Shown: positions 38,590-52,582 of the stretch, piece by piece | How the letters are laid out: each line of letters opens with the position of its first letter | Position numbering within the stretch: the first letter of the stretch is position 1 | Source: Octopus sinensis | Lineage: Eukaryota | Direction: 5' to 3' | NCBI RefSeq assembly: GCF_006345805.1 | Contig: NC_043005.1 | Location: 35,464,001 to 35,528,000 of the forward strand | Length of the DNA stretch: 64,000 nucleotides | The notes under the pieces: generated by a model | The model's input: the letters and a program-made list of their open reading frames with translations, nothing else | What the model was told of the DNA's origin: nothing | Databases searched by the model: none | Program-made: the position numbers and the translations under genes

Positions 38590-38950
38590 AACGCGTGCTA
38601 AGTGGTTTACTTCCCAATCACATGGTTCCGGGGTTCAGTTCTACTGCATGTCACCTTGGGCATGTGTGTGGTATAGTCTCAGGCCAATCAAAGTCTTGTG
38701 AGAGTATTTGGTACACGGAGAGAAACCCACTTCTGATATGTGTGTGTGTGTGTGTATGTGTGTGTGTATTTGTGCTTGCGTTTGTCACCCATCATCACTT
38801 TACAGCCAGTGTTGGTATGTTTACATCCTCGTAACTTAGCGGTTCGGAAAAAGAATCGATAGAATAAGTACCACGCATAAAAAATTTAAGTACTGGAGTC
38901 GATTCGCTCGACTGAAATTCTTCAATGGTCTTAGTTTAATGACTGACACA
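38590..38950 (+). mobile_element. SINE family A, degenerate
   Basis: Homology along its length. Confidence 0.75.
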
Positions 38951-40627
38951 GCTAAAAGGGAAAAGGTAAAAATAGTTGCAATGTACTCCAGCAAAAAATA
39001 TATATTTCAGAAAGGTTAAAAACACTCATCCTGCACATCGTATCATAACTCTCTTCCCACTCTCTATAAGGAGTAAAAGCGTGATTAGAGAAACCCATCA
39101 ACCAACCAACCAACCAACCAACCAACCAACCAACCAGCCAGCCAGCCAGCCAGCCAGCCAACGTTTATATCGGCCATTGCTTTATATAGCGATTACGGTG
39201 TTAGAAATAAATCGACGCGAGTGGGAAATTCGGTATACATTTACAGATAATATGTTCGCGATAGTGGAAGATTTCATAAGTGTTCTAATGTATAACAAAG
39301 TGCATATCCAGATGTCTGATGACATAAACAGAACTTATATTATAGGCTGCACAACGATACACGACTACTATATAAACGTCTACTTACCATTTGATCTGGA
39401 AGACCCAGGGTCATCTTAACAGTATTATAGGCCTCCGAGCAAACAAGTCAACTTAGCTCTATAAATATTTAGTAATAGCAAGCCTCAGCATATATAAATA
39501 AGAACTGGGCTCTTAGACCCGCGAGGTCCCCGGATAACTGCCCACTGTGCCAGGCTTTAAGACTCCACATGAGATACCCATATTTCTTTGAATAGAACGG
39601 ACGTGGTCGCTATGAGTTCACGTTACACAACTTTCGCTTTCCCAGAAATCAATGGATGATATGGCCACGCCTTCAGGAAGAGCTTCTATGGACATTATGA
39701 TAGAAATGTTTACTGACTATGCCATTTCCCAGTACGCTCACATACTGCCATATCCTGTTTAATCTCCTGACTTATTTCTTTTGAGTTTATCTCAAAGGGA
39801 GACGATCCAGCAATAAACTACGCACATCGGATGGACTGAGATCTGTGATGCATTTAGAAATGACGGCAATACCACCAAGACATAGCGCGACGTGCAAATG
39901 CATAACTTCCATAACTTCCAGGTTTTGTTATATGTATAATGAATACGTGAAACAATGGAGGCCATTTTGATGACGTTGATTTTCAAAGTTGAATAAACAG
40001 TTTTATTGTGCTACCTTTATTGTGTTTTTTAATAACACACATTGTTCTGACATTTAGATAGTAAAGGTTGCTCACATCTTATATTTGTAAACATTTTATA
40101 TCCATTTATAAAAACATCAAGTTTCCCTGCAAGTTCCTGTGGTTTAAGTCGCTTCTTAAATGACAATACATGAGTTGTACTCAATGACAAAACAGCCTTT
40201 CACCGAATGGCGTCCTGCAAACATCCCCACCTTCTACCCCATGATTTGCAAAAGAAAAATATAATATAAAAAAGATTTTTTTTAAATGATGTAAAAACCA
40301 ATTTTTCGCAGTGATTTCTAATCATATCTGTTCTTAATTCTTTTAAGATATTTACGAGGACCATCAAACTCTTTTATGCCAAATGTTTATAGAAATTGCT
40401 TAAGGTCAGGCATTTTATACTGGTTTATGATTTAAGCATGGGGGCAGCAGTTTTAGGAGAGGGCAGTACTTGGCTACATTGACCACAGTACTTGACTGTT
40501 ACTTTATATCATCATCATGGGGGTGGAGGCAAAGTTGCCCCCAGCAGGATTTGGACTCAGAATGTAAACATCTGCCACAAGGCATTTTATCCGATGCTTT
40601 AACAACTATAACATCCGTCTCCCTCTC

Positions 40628-41129
40628 AGTGAAGACACATGGTCTAGAGATTAGGATCTTCTATTCGCAGTCATAAGATCGCGGTTTCGATTCCCGTAGC
40701 GAACAGTACGTTGTGTTTTTTTAAGCAGAACATTGCATTTCACGTTGTTACAGTCCACTTAGCTATAAATGAGTAACCATGTGACAGACTAGAGTCCGTT
40801 CAGGGTAATATTGTATTCGGTCAATTTACACGCCATGGAAACTGGCCCTGTAAATTCTAAGACTCAAGAGAGTATTTATGTCCGCTTTTATCTTTCACTT
40901 GTTCCAGTCATTAGACTGCGGCTATGCTGGGGCACCGCCTTGAATTTTTAGTCGAATGAATCGACCCTAGTACTTATTTTTTAAAACCTGATACTTATTC
41001 TACTTGTTTCTTTTGCCGAACCGCTAAGTTATGGGGACGCAAACACCGGTTTCAAGCGGCGGAGGGGGACAAGCACAAACACAAAGACACTCACTCACTC
41101 ACTCACTCACTCACTCACTCACTCACTCA

Positions 41130-41199
<70 letters not shown>

Positions 41200-41345
41200 T
41201 GACGGGCTTTCTGTTTCCATCTACAAATTCCACACACAAGGCTTTGGTTGGCCCGAGGCTATAGTATAAGACACTTGTCCAATGTGCCGCCCAATGGGAC
41301 TGAACCCTGAATCATGTGGGTGGGAAATAAGCTTCTTACCACAGT
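40628..41345. mobile_element. SINE family C (+, 40628-40880) followed by SINE family A (-, 40885-41345)
   Basis: Family-diagnostic blocks. Confidence 0.75.
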
Positions 41346-41473
41346 GTCACAAACCTTCAGTTATGTTTCTGCTCAACGATAACACAATATCTGACTCACA
41401 TTTTAGTCCTCCAAAAGATATTTTGAAAACATATTTAAAATATATGTATTGAAAACGCGTTAATATATATATA

Positions 41474-41529
<56 letters not shown>

Positions 41530-41575
41530 AGCAAGTTAAAATATATTTCTGAGAAAAATAATCATTTCCCTAAAC

Positions 41576-41820
41576 CAGTGGTTCCCAACCAATTTTTGGC
41601 TATGGACCCCTGTGATTCCTATTTTACTCCATAGCTATTTGATATGTATATATAAAAAGCTTCCAATTGTATTTTTAAAATTAAATATTAGGAATTGTAT
41701 TAAAAAATCAAAATATTTTGTGTATTGTAGAACTATAAACAATTTACTGCAGATAAATTTTAATCATAAAATCTGATATGGAGCTCCAAGGGCCATATGG
41801 ACCCCGGTTGAGAACCACTA
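41576..41820. mobile_element. hAT (Charlie-like) MITE
   Basis: TIRs cagtggttcccaacc / ggttgagaaccacta; near-TSD ccctaaac / gtctaaac. Confidence 0.85.
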
Positions 41821-42121
41821 GTCTAAACTCTCAGTCACCCCTTGCGCACCCTTGTGAGCTTCCAATGACTCTAAGGAGGCGCTATCACTCAAATTAAGAA
41901 TCGCAAATTTATATAATGGCATTATACGTATGTACAAAAGCACGTTTAATTCTATATCTTAACTAAACAATGGAGAAATACATGTCTCATTAAAGTTTCA
42001 TGCGATTTTTTTCATGTGACATTTTCTCCTGGAACTTTTCTGTATTTCAATGGGTGATATTAAAGGGCTTTTATGATTGTGTCCTAGCTCTACAAGGTTT
42101 TAATTATAAACATTTTTTATT

Positions 42122-42423
42122 TCTGTGTTTGTACCTCACCATCGCTTGACAACCGATGTTGGTGTGTATACGTCCTGGTAAATTAGCGGTTCGGCAAAAA
42201 AGAAAGATAGAAAAAGTACTAGGCTTACAAAGAATAAATCCTGGAGTCGATTTGTTCGACTAAAGGCGGTGCTCCAGCATAGCCGCAGTCAAATGACTGA
42301 AATAAATAAAAAGAATACGTACATACATATATCCATACACACATACAAATCAAAGGTTGAACAGAAAGAACATAAGAAGAAAAATTAGACGTAGCCATAA
42401 CAAACGAGAAACAGGACATATAC

Positions 42424-42472
<49 letters not shown>

Positions 42473-42489
42473 ATTATATATATATATAT

Positions 42490-42523
<34 letters not shown>

Positions 42524-42755
42524 ATATTTTTTTTTATTACCCACAAGGGGCTAAACACAGAGGGGACAAACAAGGACAGACAAAGGGATTAAGTCGATTA
42601 CATCGACCCCAGTGCGTAACTGGTACTTAATTTATCGACCCCGAAAGGATGAAAGGCAAAGTCGACCTCGGCGGAATTTGAACTCGGAACGCAACGACAG
42701 ACGAAATACGGCTACGAATTTCGCCCGGCGTGCTAACGTTTCTGCCAGCTCGTCG
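42122..42755. mobile_element. SINE A 3' half (+) and SINE B (-, 42525-42755) between 117-bp direct repeats
   Basis: 42005-42121 is repeated at 42817-42934. Confidence 0.8.
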
Positions 42756-44011
42756 TATGTATGTATGTATGTATGTATGTATGTATGTATGTATGTATGT
42801 ATGTATGTATGTATGGGATTTTTTTCATGTGACATTACTCCTATGACTTTTCTGTATTTCAATGGGTGCTATTAAAGGTTTTTTTTAATGATTGTGTCGT
42901 AGCTCTACAAGGTTGTAATTATAAACATTTTTATTCCATATTAAAATCCTAAAGTAAGTCGTGAAAATCGAGTTAAAAAAAAAAACAACCTTGAACAAAC
43001 AAAATATGTAACTATCAAACCGGTTACATTTAAAATCGGTAAATAACAAGTTTGCTTATAAGTCATCATTAACCGGAAATGATCCATATGTTAACTGCCT
43101 TTCTTTTCTGTCACTAAAAGGGAGCTGATTCGAATATAGAATGATACCGATCAGAGGGAGAGAGAGAGAGAGAGAAAGAGAGGTAAACAGAGGAAGAGAA
43201 AGAAAGAGAGAGAGAGAGGAGAAGAAGAAAGAAAGGGAGTGAGAAGAAAAGAGAGAGAGATAGAGATACAGAGAGGAATAGGAAAGGGAGAGAGAAAAAA
43301 AGCAATGCAGGATTCTAAGAAGTGATGAGTCGAAATTAAAGTGAGCCTCTTTCTCGATCTGTCCCTCTCTCTATCCTCCTACTTCTCTCTTTCATCTCCC
43401 CTCCATCTCCCCTTTGTTCTGCTCTCCCCTCTCCCTTCCTTCTCTCTCCAATGTCCATCCCTCTCCTCCATCACCCCTGCCTCCACCATCCATCACGTCC
43501 TCTCACTCTCTCTCTCTCTCTTCTGCGTTTCTTTGAAGTAATTTTGGAAAGTATCTTAGTATCTAAAATGATGGCATTATTACTTGAGATCATCGTTAGG
43601 CTGGGAAAAATGTTCAGCTGCATATTGTCTGTCTTTACATTCTGAGTTGGAATTCCGCTGAGGTTGACTTTGTCATTCATCCCTTTCGGAGTCAATAAAG
43701 CAGGTACCAGTCAGGCACTGGTGTCGATGTAATTGACTTATCCAGTCTACCAAAATTGTGCGTGTGCGCACGTGTGTGCATAATAAAAGAGGCGAACGGA
43801 AAATTGGGCTTGCAAGAATCTTTATTCAACACAACGATCGTTTCGACCCATCCTGCATCTGTCCCTTGCGATTGGCATATGTACACCTAGTTGTGGTGTA
43901 TCCACCAGTTCAGAATACATCTCATTGGCTGTCTCTTTTCAAATTGGATACTTCGCTAAACGGTGAAAGTGCTTTACTCGGCATACTACCAACTATATAC
44001 CCATGTCCAAA

Positions 44012-44049
<38 letters not shown>

Positions 44050-44052
<3 letters not shown>

Positions 44053-44202
44053 ATGTGTGATAAGTAGCTTGCTTACCAACCACATGGTTCCGGGTTCAGT
44101 CCCACTGCGTGGCACCTCCGGCAAGCGTCTTCTACTATAGCCTCGGGCCGACCAAAGCCTTATGAGTAGATGTGATAGACGGAAACTGAAATAAGCCCGT
44201 CT

Positions 44203-44267
<65 letters not shown>

Positions 44268-44413
44268 ACGTCCCCGTAAATTAGCGGTTCGGCAAAAGAC
44301 ACCGATAGAATAAGTACTAGGCTTACAAAGAATAAGTTCTGGGGTCGATTTGTTCAACTAAAGGCGGACCTCCAGCATGGCCGCAGTCAAATAACTAAAT
44401 CAAATAAAAGAAT
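44050..44413 (+). mobile_element. SINE family A
   Basis: Head and tail homology. Confidence 0.88.
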
Positions 44414-44832
44414 ACATACATACGCACATACATACATACATACATACATAGATACATACATACATACATACATACATACATACATACATACATAAACCCA
44501 TTGCTCACCCTCACATTTATAGAATCCCTTAACAGAATATCGTATTGATACACGACATAAATATGTGCATTTAACTATGTGATATAACAACTGTTGAAAG
44601 AACGTAATTTGCAAGAAAATACGCTATATTAGAAAACGATATTTGAGCCGATACGAGCAAGAATCTGATGAGCAGATATAGCCGGAGGTAAGTGGCCTTT
44701 AAGCTTCCATCTTAATCCGGAGTCGATGTTTTTAATATTGGAGCCACAGAAAATTATATACGAGTATTTGTACTTCACTCGAAAGATAATGTGTGGGCTG
44801 TTTTTTTTTTATTTCATTGAAATCAAATATAG

Positions 44833-44869
<37 letters not shown>

Positions 44870-45142
44870 CACACACACACACACACATCATTTGCATGTG
44901 TATATGTGCTTTTAGATAGAGCTTTGAAGCACTGAGAAATTTGAAAAGAGAGCTTTATGAAGTTGCTCCAATAAGAATAACTAAAGGCTCACAAAGTTAA
45001 ACCCCTTTACACAGATACAAATGACAAAAGCACCATCGTGAACAGAGCAACGTGTCTACCGTAGACAAAACAAAACTGTATTCAACAGTAAATATAACAA
45101 ACAAGAAAGGAAATTTATTCTATATTTTGTATATTGTCACAT

Positions 45143-45892
45143 GTGGAAACACAATGACCCAGTGGTTAGGGTAGCGGCCTCGCGCTTTCGATTTTCAGAT
45201 CAGGCTTTGTGAGTGTTTTTTTTGTTTTTGAGCGAAAACACCTAAAGCTCCACGATGCTCCGGTAGGGGTTGGTGGCGAACCCTGCTGTACTCTTTCACA
45301 ACAACTTTCTCTCGATCTTTCTTCCTGTTTCTGTTGTACCTATATTTCAAAGGGCCAGCTTTGTCACACTCTGTGTCACGCTGAATCACCCCGAGAACTA
45401 CGTTAAGGGCACACGTGTCTGTGGAGTGCTCAGCCACTTGCACGTTAATTTCACGAGCAGGCTGTTCCGCTGATCGGATCAACTGGAACCCTCGACGTCG
45501 TAACCGACGGAGCGTCACGATTCTCACATATTGTGTAACGTTCGTTCTGCCTGAGAATTACGTTATGACTACATATGTCTGTGGAATACTCAGCCACTAA
45601 TACGTTAATTCAATGTACATGAAAGCCCTTCAATCGGACATCTGAAGCAACATCATCGAAACGAACGAAGATCTCCATCTATATATCTTTCACATTTTGG
45701 CACAAGGCCAGCATGTTTGAGAGAGTCGAGTCCATTACATGGACCTCGGTGCTCAACTCTTATTTTATCGACCTCAGAAACACAAAAGGTAAAGTCGACC
45801 AATGCGGAACTTGAACTCAGAACATAAAGGCGGACGAAATGCCGTTAAGCATTTTTCCCGGTGTGCTAACGATTTTCCCAGCTCACAGCCAT
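45143..45892. mobile_element. SINE family C (+, 45143-45518 plus a duplicated tail) and SINE family B (-, 45695-45892)
   Basis: Family-diagnostic blocks. Confidence 0.8.
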
Positions 45893-47180
45893 AAAAATAT
45901 AAATTTCTCTCTCTACATATATATACCGTATTTGATGGCCTGTAAGACGCACGAGCGAATAGGACGCACCCTAGCCTAGGCTATACTTTTGTAAAATAAA
46001 TTACCGCTAAAATAATGTTTTAATTCCACCACTTACCTGTATAACTTTATGTTATTACCGGTAATTATAAGAAACTTATTGCTTCCATATTCGTTATAAA
46101 CACACCATAGACGATTGTTCACCAATAGATAGCAGCACACGTTTTGTAAACATACATATCGTTTTGAGCCTACATTGAGTGCATTGGACGAAGGGGGAAT
46201 TTTAAAGCCATCAAGTGTATATGTATATGCATATATACAGACAATGCATTCATTATTCGAAGCTAAGTTTGCATGAATCACTGCTCGGAGCTTCTCGACT
46301 TCTCGTTCGGCTCTTCAAGCAGTTGCTTGTGGATTGTAGATTTTGAAGTTTTCTTAACTACATGTTAAAGGCTCGAATGCCTTTTGTCACGTGACACCGA
46401 AATGCATGTTGTTCTGGTCAAGTGATGCTTGTCATGTGATATTAAAAAACAACTTGGTAGCAAAATACTTCCTACACATTTGTTTTAATCGATACTATGT
46501 TGAGAAGGATAAAAGAGCAGAAAGAAATTTTAGTATTCTGTCAAAAATAGCTAAGTTTTCTAAAGATTTCTATAGATGGAAGCGATATTATTGTGATGTT
46601 ATTGTAATTTTCGAAGTTCATTAACCTTTGTTCTATTGTCAAATTTCGATGAATGGAATTTTCTGCATGTTCATGTTTAGGAATTGGATTAACACGATAT
46701 TTTGTTTTGATTAGAGGATTCCATAAAAGTAAGGACGAGCAGTGGGGTTATTATGAATCCAGCTGTCGTAGACACACACATGCGCGTATACATACATGTG
46801 TGTCTCTGTGCGTATGTATAGATTATGTAAGTAGGTATGTACATTTGTGTGTAATAAATAACTTGTGTGTGTGTATTTGATATGAATATAATGCAACACT
46901 ATAAAATGCTATATAAAATGTATGTTGATATATATATATACACACGCACACATACATACACGCACACTCGCACATGATATATGGGAGATAAATTTTTCAT
47001 CCATTAGAGTCATGTCACGGCTCAAAATAGATCCTATCTTATATGAACGTTTGTTGACCTCCTTCGGTCAAAAAAACATGTTTCTATAACGTTATTATGT
47101 ACCTTGTGGAGTGCGTATATACCTTATTAGCGAGTGTGTGTATGAAAGAGAAAAAGAAGAAAATGGAGAAATTGAGATAT

Positions 47181-47470
47181 ACGTGGTCTGATCAATAAAT
47201 ATCCGGACTGTTGCTACAGTAACGAAGCTAGAGCACGAGTGAAGCCGCTTGGCACAGATTAACCGTGAACTCTGCAGTGCATGCGCACTAAGTTTTAACG
47301 ATCTAGTTTATTGCCGCTGTTTACAGCAGTGCTTGAAAGGAAGTTGTGTGGCGTATGATCGTAGCATTGACCATAGCAGAGAAAGATGAGCAGAGAATCT
47401 GCATCAAATTTTGCCAAAAGCTTGCCGATAACTGCTCAGAGGCCTACGCAAAGTTTTCAAAAAGTTTTCA
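47181..47470 (+). mobile_element. Mariner 5' fragment
   Basis: TA|cgtggtctgatcaataaatatccggact TIR; EQRICIKFCQKL. Confidence 0.8.
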
Positions 47471-49049
47471 TTGTTCTCGACACCACCAAGGAGATCTTAT
47501 ACAAATGGAACCCGACTGTTTATATCTAGCACTACGTCTTTTTCCATTTCTAAGTTAAGCGGGAAAATAACGCAACCCTGCAAAACACAACTAATCTTTA
47601 CACACAGACGCACAGAACAACAGCAATCAAATAACGACAGCGAGTACACAACAAACATCAGTGATCTGACTGTTGCCTGTACTCTTTTATGCCGAACCTG
47701 CGAGAACGAAAGATGGTGAACTTAACAGGAAAATCAAGATGTGGGAATCCATAATCTGTTTGTGGCGTGATTCATCTTTTCAAGGATTTATAAGAATTTG
47801 GATTGGAAGTATCACTGTTTTACTCTTTACCAAACATCAGCCGTTAAGCTGTTCTCATATGATGGATTAAAAAAAAAATGTAATTTAAAACAAAGGCATG
47901 GCTGAAAGCCTTCTGTATTTGCTTACCACTGAATGCTACGCAATTCTTCAAACATATTTTCTTCAACCAATACATTTTAGCAGCAGCTTCGACAATTGTC
48001 CAATCATATTCCTTAGAACTGTTTTCTAGGACGGCATTTAATTAGTTGTTCCTTTAATTATGTGTTGAAAAGCTTAATCTTTCACTCATGCCATTCATTT
48101 TCACTGCCTGTGGTTTTTTCTTTTTATTTCCTGGAAAATAAAGGGTAAGATTTTAAATACCTCAAAAGAATATTTTAGCTAATTTGTTTGGGAAAAACGA
48201 TGTCAGACATATGTCAGAGGAGCCGAACACATTTTAGTTATGTTCCACAAATACTACTGAATAGTAGTGGAGTGGGTGAATGAGAGAACTTATTTACTGC
48301 TGTTTATTATTACTAAACGTCCTAGGTTCAAATCGTAATGTTCCGACACTAGAACCGACTTCTATTTACTTACTGTTTCATTTTTGTTGTCGATTAACCC
48401 ACCAAAAATATCAACCCTGTACCGTAGGTTGCCTTGAATAAATATAGCATCAGGCATTTTTAGAGCTGTTGTGACTCATCCCGTTCCGTGTCTGATCACA
48501 GTCAGTTTCTTCGAGAAGAGAGAAAGAGAGGGACAGAAATAAAGGGAAGAATCAACCCAGTACCAGACTGGTACTTTGTTTATCGATTCCGAAAGGACGA
48601 AAGGCAAGCAATCTATCTAGAACTCTAACGAATCAGCTATTTGGTCGCTTTGGAGCAACATGAAATGAAGAACCTTGTTCAAAGACGCAATTGATTGCGG
48701 AATCCAAGAATCGAAACCATAAATTTATGATAGTGAGCTCAACAGTGTAACTATCTGGCCACGTGCTTCCACAGAGAAAGAGGAGTTACAGAGTCAGCGC
48801 AATAAGATTAGGCGAGCAGAAGAGATTGAAAACAAGCGAAAGGATGTCATAAGTGGAACAGTAGTTCAAGAGTATTGGTGAAAGAATGTCATATAAAATA
48901 CTGGTGAGCTTAGAGACTTTTAATGGCTGAACTCCAGATACATCTCTGATCAGTCTGCTCACCAGAAATCAAGTGAACCAATTATTAGTCCGTTAAAGGC
49001 CTGTAATATACGACGCTATTGTTCACAGATGCATGACATATTTTTTATC

Positions 49050-49990
49050 TCTTCTTCTTTCAGTCACTAGATTGCGATCATGTTGGAGCACTACTTCCTA
49101 GATTTTTAAAATTTTAGTCGTGGAATCTACTCCATTACTTATTTTTAATAAGTCTGGTACTTATTATATCGACTCTTATGCCGAACCGCTAAGTTATAGG
49201 GACGTAAACAAATGACACCGGTTGTCAAGCGATTCTGGATCACTCACACACACAAACACACACACACAACTACACTCACACACCTACATATACACGCAAA
49301 TGACGGGCTTCCACACAGTTTCTGTCAACAAAATTCACTCCCAAAATATTGCTAAGTAGGACTGAACCTGAAACCACGTCGATTATATTCAAACCAATAT
49401 TTCCTATAATTGAAGGCCATGTTCTCCAGGGTGAGGCGGCTGGTGGAGTGAGGACTAAAACAAGAGGCTGAGAAAAGACCATGTTTAATAAAACTTAGAA
49501 GTTTTCTAGCTTTTGAATCTTGCCTCACTCCATGGAGAAGAAAGAATTGAAGGGCTTCAAACTCTGTTTTGTCTTCTCATTAATATAGAGATAGGCGAGG
49601 GTGGATTGACAGAAATATTTGAGTGTCGAACAAAATACCTCTTGTTATATGTTCCCGGTCTTTACGTTCTGAGTTCAAATTGCACTAAAACCAACTTTAT
49701 CCTTCATCTTTTCGAGGGTCGATAAAATAAAGTACCAGTCAAATACTGGGGTTCAATGTAATCGACTAAATCTACTTTCCGTAAAATTATCGGGTGTCTC
49801 AATAAGAAACAGTTTTTGTGGGTGGTGATTCGACAGAATCCATAAGGCGCCGGACAAAATGTCGTTCAATATTTACCTCGGCTCTTTATTTACCTCGCTC
49901 CGAGGTCATATCGCGTCAAGGTCAACTTAGCCTTTCATTGTTTCGGGGTAATCGATTAAATCTTCCCCTAAAAATTGCTGGCTGTTTATC
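49050..49990. mobile_element. Cluster of degenerate SINEs (A -, B +, B +)
   Basis: Family blocks at 49050-49385, 49590-49790 and 49815-49990. Confidence 0.65.
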
Positions 49991-51031
49991 TGTGTTGGAG
50001 ACAGTTAATAGAGAAGGGGAAAGAGTATCAAAAGGTAAAGTCATTCTTTGGTTGTGGGAGGGGTTGATATTTCTCATTTTGAAGACACTGATTTAATTAG
50101 AAATAAAATTAATAAACCAGGAAAAAAAAAATAAAACGTCATATCAACCAATCAGGTTTTTAAACAGTCTTTTGTTCTTCCTGAAATATGATGAGTTGTG
50201 TGCGTAATGGTGGGGAAGTTTAGATGTCCACAAAATAAGTGTGATGTAGCATACCAGAACATAGGAAATTGCCTTCGTTAACCTAAAATTGTCCAATCAG
50301 ATTCGATGTCAGCTTAACATTAGAGCTCATATCGTTCTGAAGTAGTTATTTTGTAGGTCACGACACGATTTTTATTGCACTACAGACATGTTGTATTTGT
50401 GATTGTGCATACTATCAAATGGATAAACTAATAAATATCAAGGTAAGAAACTACAGATATCCGGAAGAAAGAACATCCGTCAAAACAACAATGTAGGACA
50501 CAGAGAGATTCATGCAGACACCCGAGATAAAAAAGCCTTTGTATTTTGTGTTATATTTGCTTAAATGCAGGTCATCATTGATCGATAGGCCAATGATCGT
50601 AGGTGTTCCGGTAATAATCATCATAGCTGTGTAGGTAAAAAGATCTCTTCGCAAGCCTTGTGGTTTCAGTTCGATCTCATGGCACGGTACCTCGGGCAAG
50701 TGCCTTCTATCATAGCCTTGGGTCAACCAATGTACGTAGACAATTTAGGTCCTGTGATACAGAGGTTATTGCTAACATAGACACCACATTGGGATAAATA
50801 CTGGGTTTGATATGATCGACTTCATTCTTGAAGGCGCTGCTACAGTATAACCACAATCCAATGATTGACACTACTCAAAGAAAAGAATCTTGTGCTTTTG
50901 TATATCAACGATAATATTAACTAATACCTTGCGGTGTTTGTTCCAGCCCTTTGCTGGAACAAACACATACATACATACATACATGCATGCATGCATGCAT
51001 GCATACATACATACATACATACATACATACA

Positions 51032-51064
<33 letters not shown>

Positions 51065-51299
51065 GGCGGCGAGCTGGCAGAAACGTTAGCAGGCCGGGTG
51101 AAATGCGTAGCCGTATTTTGTCTGCCGTTACGTTCTGAGTTCAAATTCCACCGATGTCGATTTTGCCTTTCGTCCTTTCAGGGGCGATGAAATAAGTACC
51201 AGTTACGCACTGGGGTCGATGTAATCGACTTAATTCCTTGGTCTGTCCTTGTTTGTTCCCTCTATGTTATGTTTAGCCCCTTGTTGGCAGTAAAGAAAT
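51065..51299 (+). mobile_element. SINE family B, full length
   Basis: Reverse complement of 35815-36043. Confidence 0.9.
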
Positions 51300-51312
51300 A
51301 TATATATATGTG

Positions 51313-51354
<42 letters not shown>

Positions 51355-51674
51355 GAGTGTGTATTTGACCAATGTTTAAACTTCCCCAAGGTTGGGTTTT
51401 CTTTTTTATTCATTCTTATAAAACCATTTCATTTAGCTGTAATTTTGTCCTATAAAAATTGTTCTTGTGCTTATTAAATAAAAAAAAACAACAACTATCA
51501 CAGTTTCGAAAATGTCTATCATCCCGTGTCACCTCTGAGATAAATGTCGGGCTGTTTATATGGGGATATAACCAGGTGATGTTAGATTAATAAATTTTGG
51601 AAGTGTGGTGCTCATTAAGGTGTACCTCTTATATTAAAAAAATTAAGCCAAAATACAAGTGGAAGGCGTGAAGT

Positions 51675-52116
51675 GGATCTTTTCGGTTTGAACGGCAGTT
51701 TTTTAAAATAATTTCTACGTAACTAAACACTTTTAAACTTCGTATACTAGTAGAATGTGTTTATAAAACATCTTTTTCTCTCGGCTTTATTGAGAAAATT
51801 CTATAGTTTGTAAGATATTTGTTGTTTTTTTCTTCAATTTCTGCAATTTCAACCAATCAATGACGTCTATTGAGGTGAAAACATTCTGTGCCGTATGAAA
51901 ATGTCCCTCGTTTAAGAAACAGATTGGGTTTATTTACATTTCTGAAGAAAAACAGATACCCTTCCCCCACCCCTAACCCTAACCCAAACTAACCCTAACT
52001 CTAACCCTAACCCCAAAATAGATTGGAATGCAAAAGATCGATACTAGGGTCATACTTATGGGTGACAATTTCATATGACACCGCTAGGAAAACAGCCGTT
52101 CAAACCGAAAAGATCC
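51675..52116. mobile_element. MITE with 22-bp perfect TIRs and internal (CCCTAA)n telomeric repeats
   Basis: GGATCTTTTCGGTTTGAACGGC ... GCCGTTCAAACCGAAAAGATCC; about 7 degenerate CCCTAA units at 51970-52013. Confidence 0.85.
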
Positions 52117-52159
52117 CATAAAGTTTCTACTTTGATAATTATGAATAATTATCATATTA

Positions 52160-52582
52160 TTCTTTTTTACTTGTTTCAGTCTTACACTACGGTTGTGCTG
52201 GAACATAGCCTTAAAGAATTTAAGTCAGCCGAATCGACCTCAGTACTTTTTTTTAAGTCATGGTACTTATTCTATCGGTTTTATTTTGCCGAACTGCTAA
52301 GTTACTGGGACGTAAACATGCCAACACTGGTTGTAAAGCAGTGTTGGGGGCAGACAAATCTACACACATACATATATATCATACATATATTAGTATTTAG
52401 CCGTGGGCCGACGAAAGCGACCATATACGATAGGCGTTTTTTAGTTCCCCCGTACCAAATCCACTTATAAGGCTTTGGTCGACCCAGGGCCATAGTAAGA
52501 GACTCTTGCCTAAGGTACTATACTGTAGGACTGAACCCGGAACCATATGGTTGGAAAGCAAACGGCTTACCAGACAGCCACA
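52160..52582 (-). mobile_element. SINE family A
   Basis: Head and tail homology. Confidence 0.8.

Noticed and set aside
39380-39800. Possible minus-strand exon ending at ATG|GTAAGT (about 39386)
   Set aside because: No clear acceptor or open frame; unsupported
47925-48131. Minus-strand segment bounded by ttccAG and GTAAGC
   Set aside because: Stops in all three frames; more likely decayed transposon sequence
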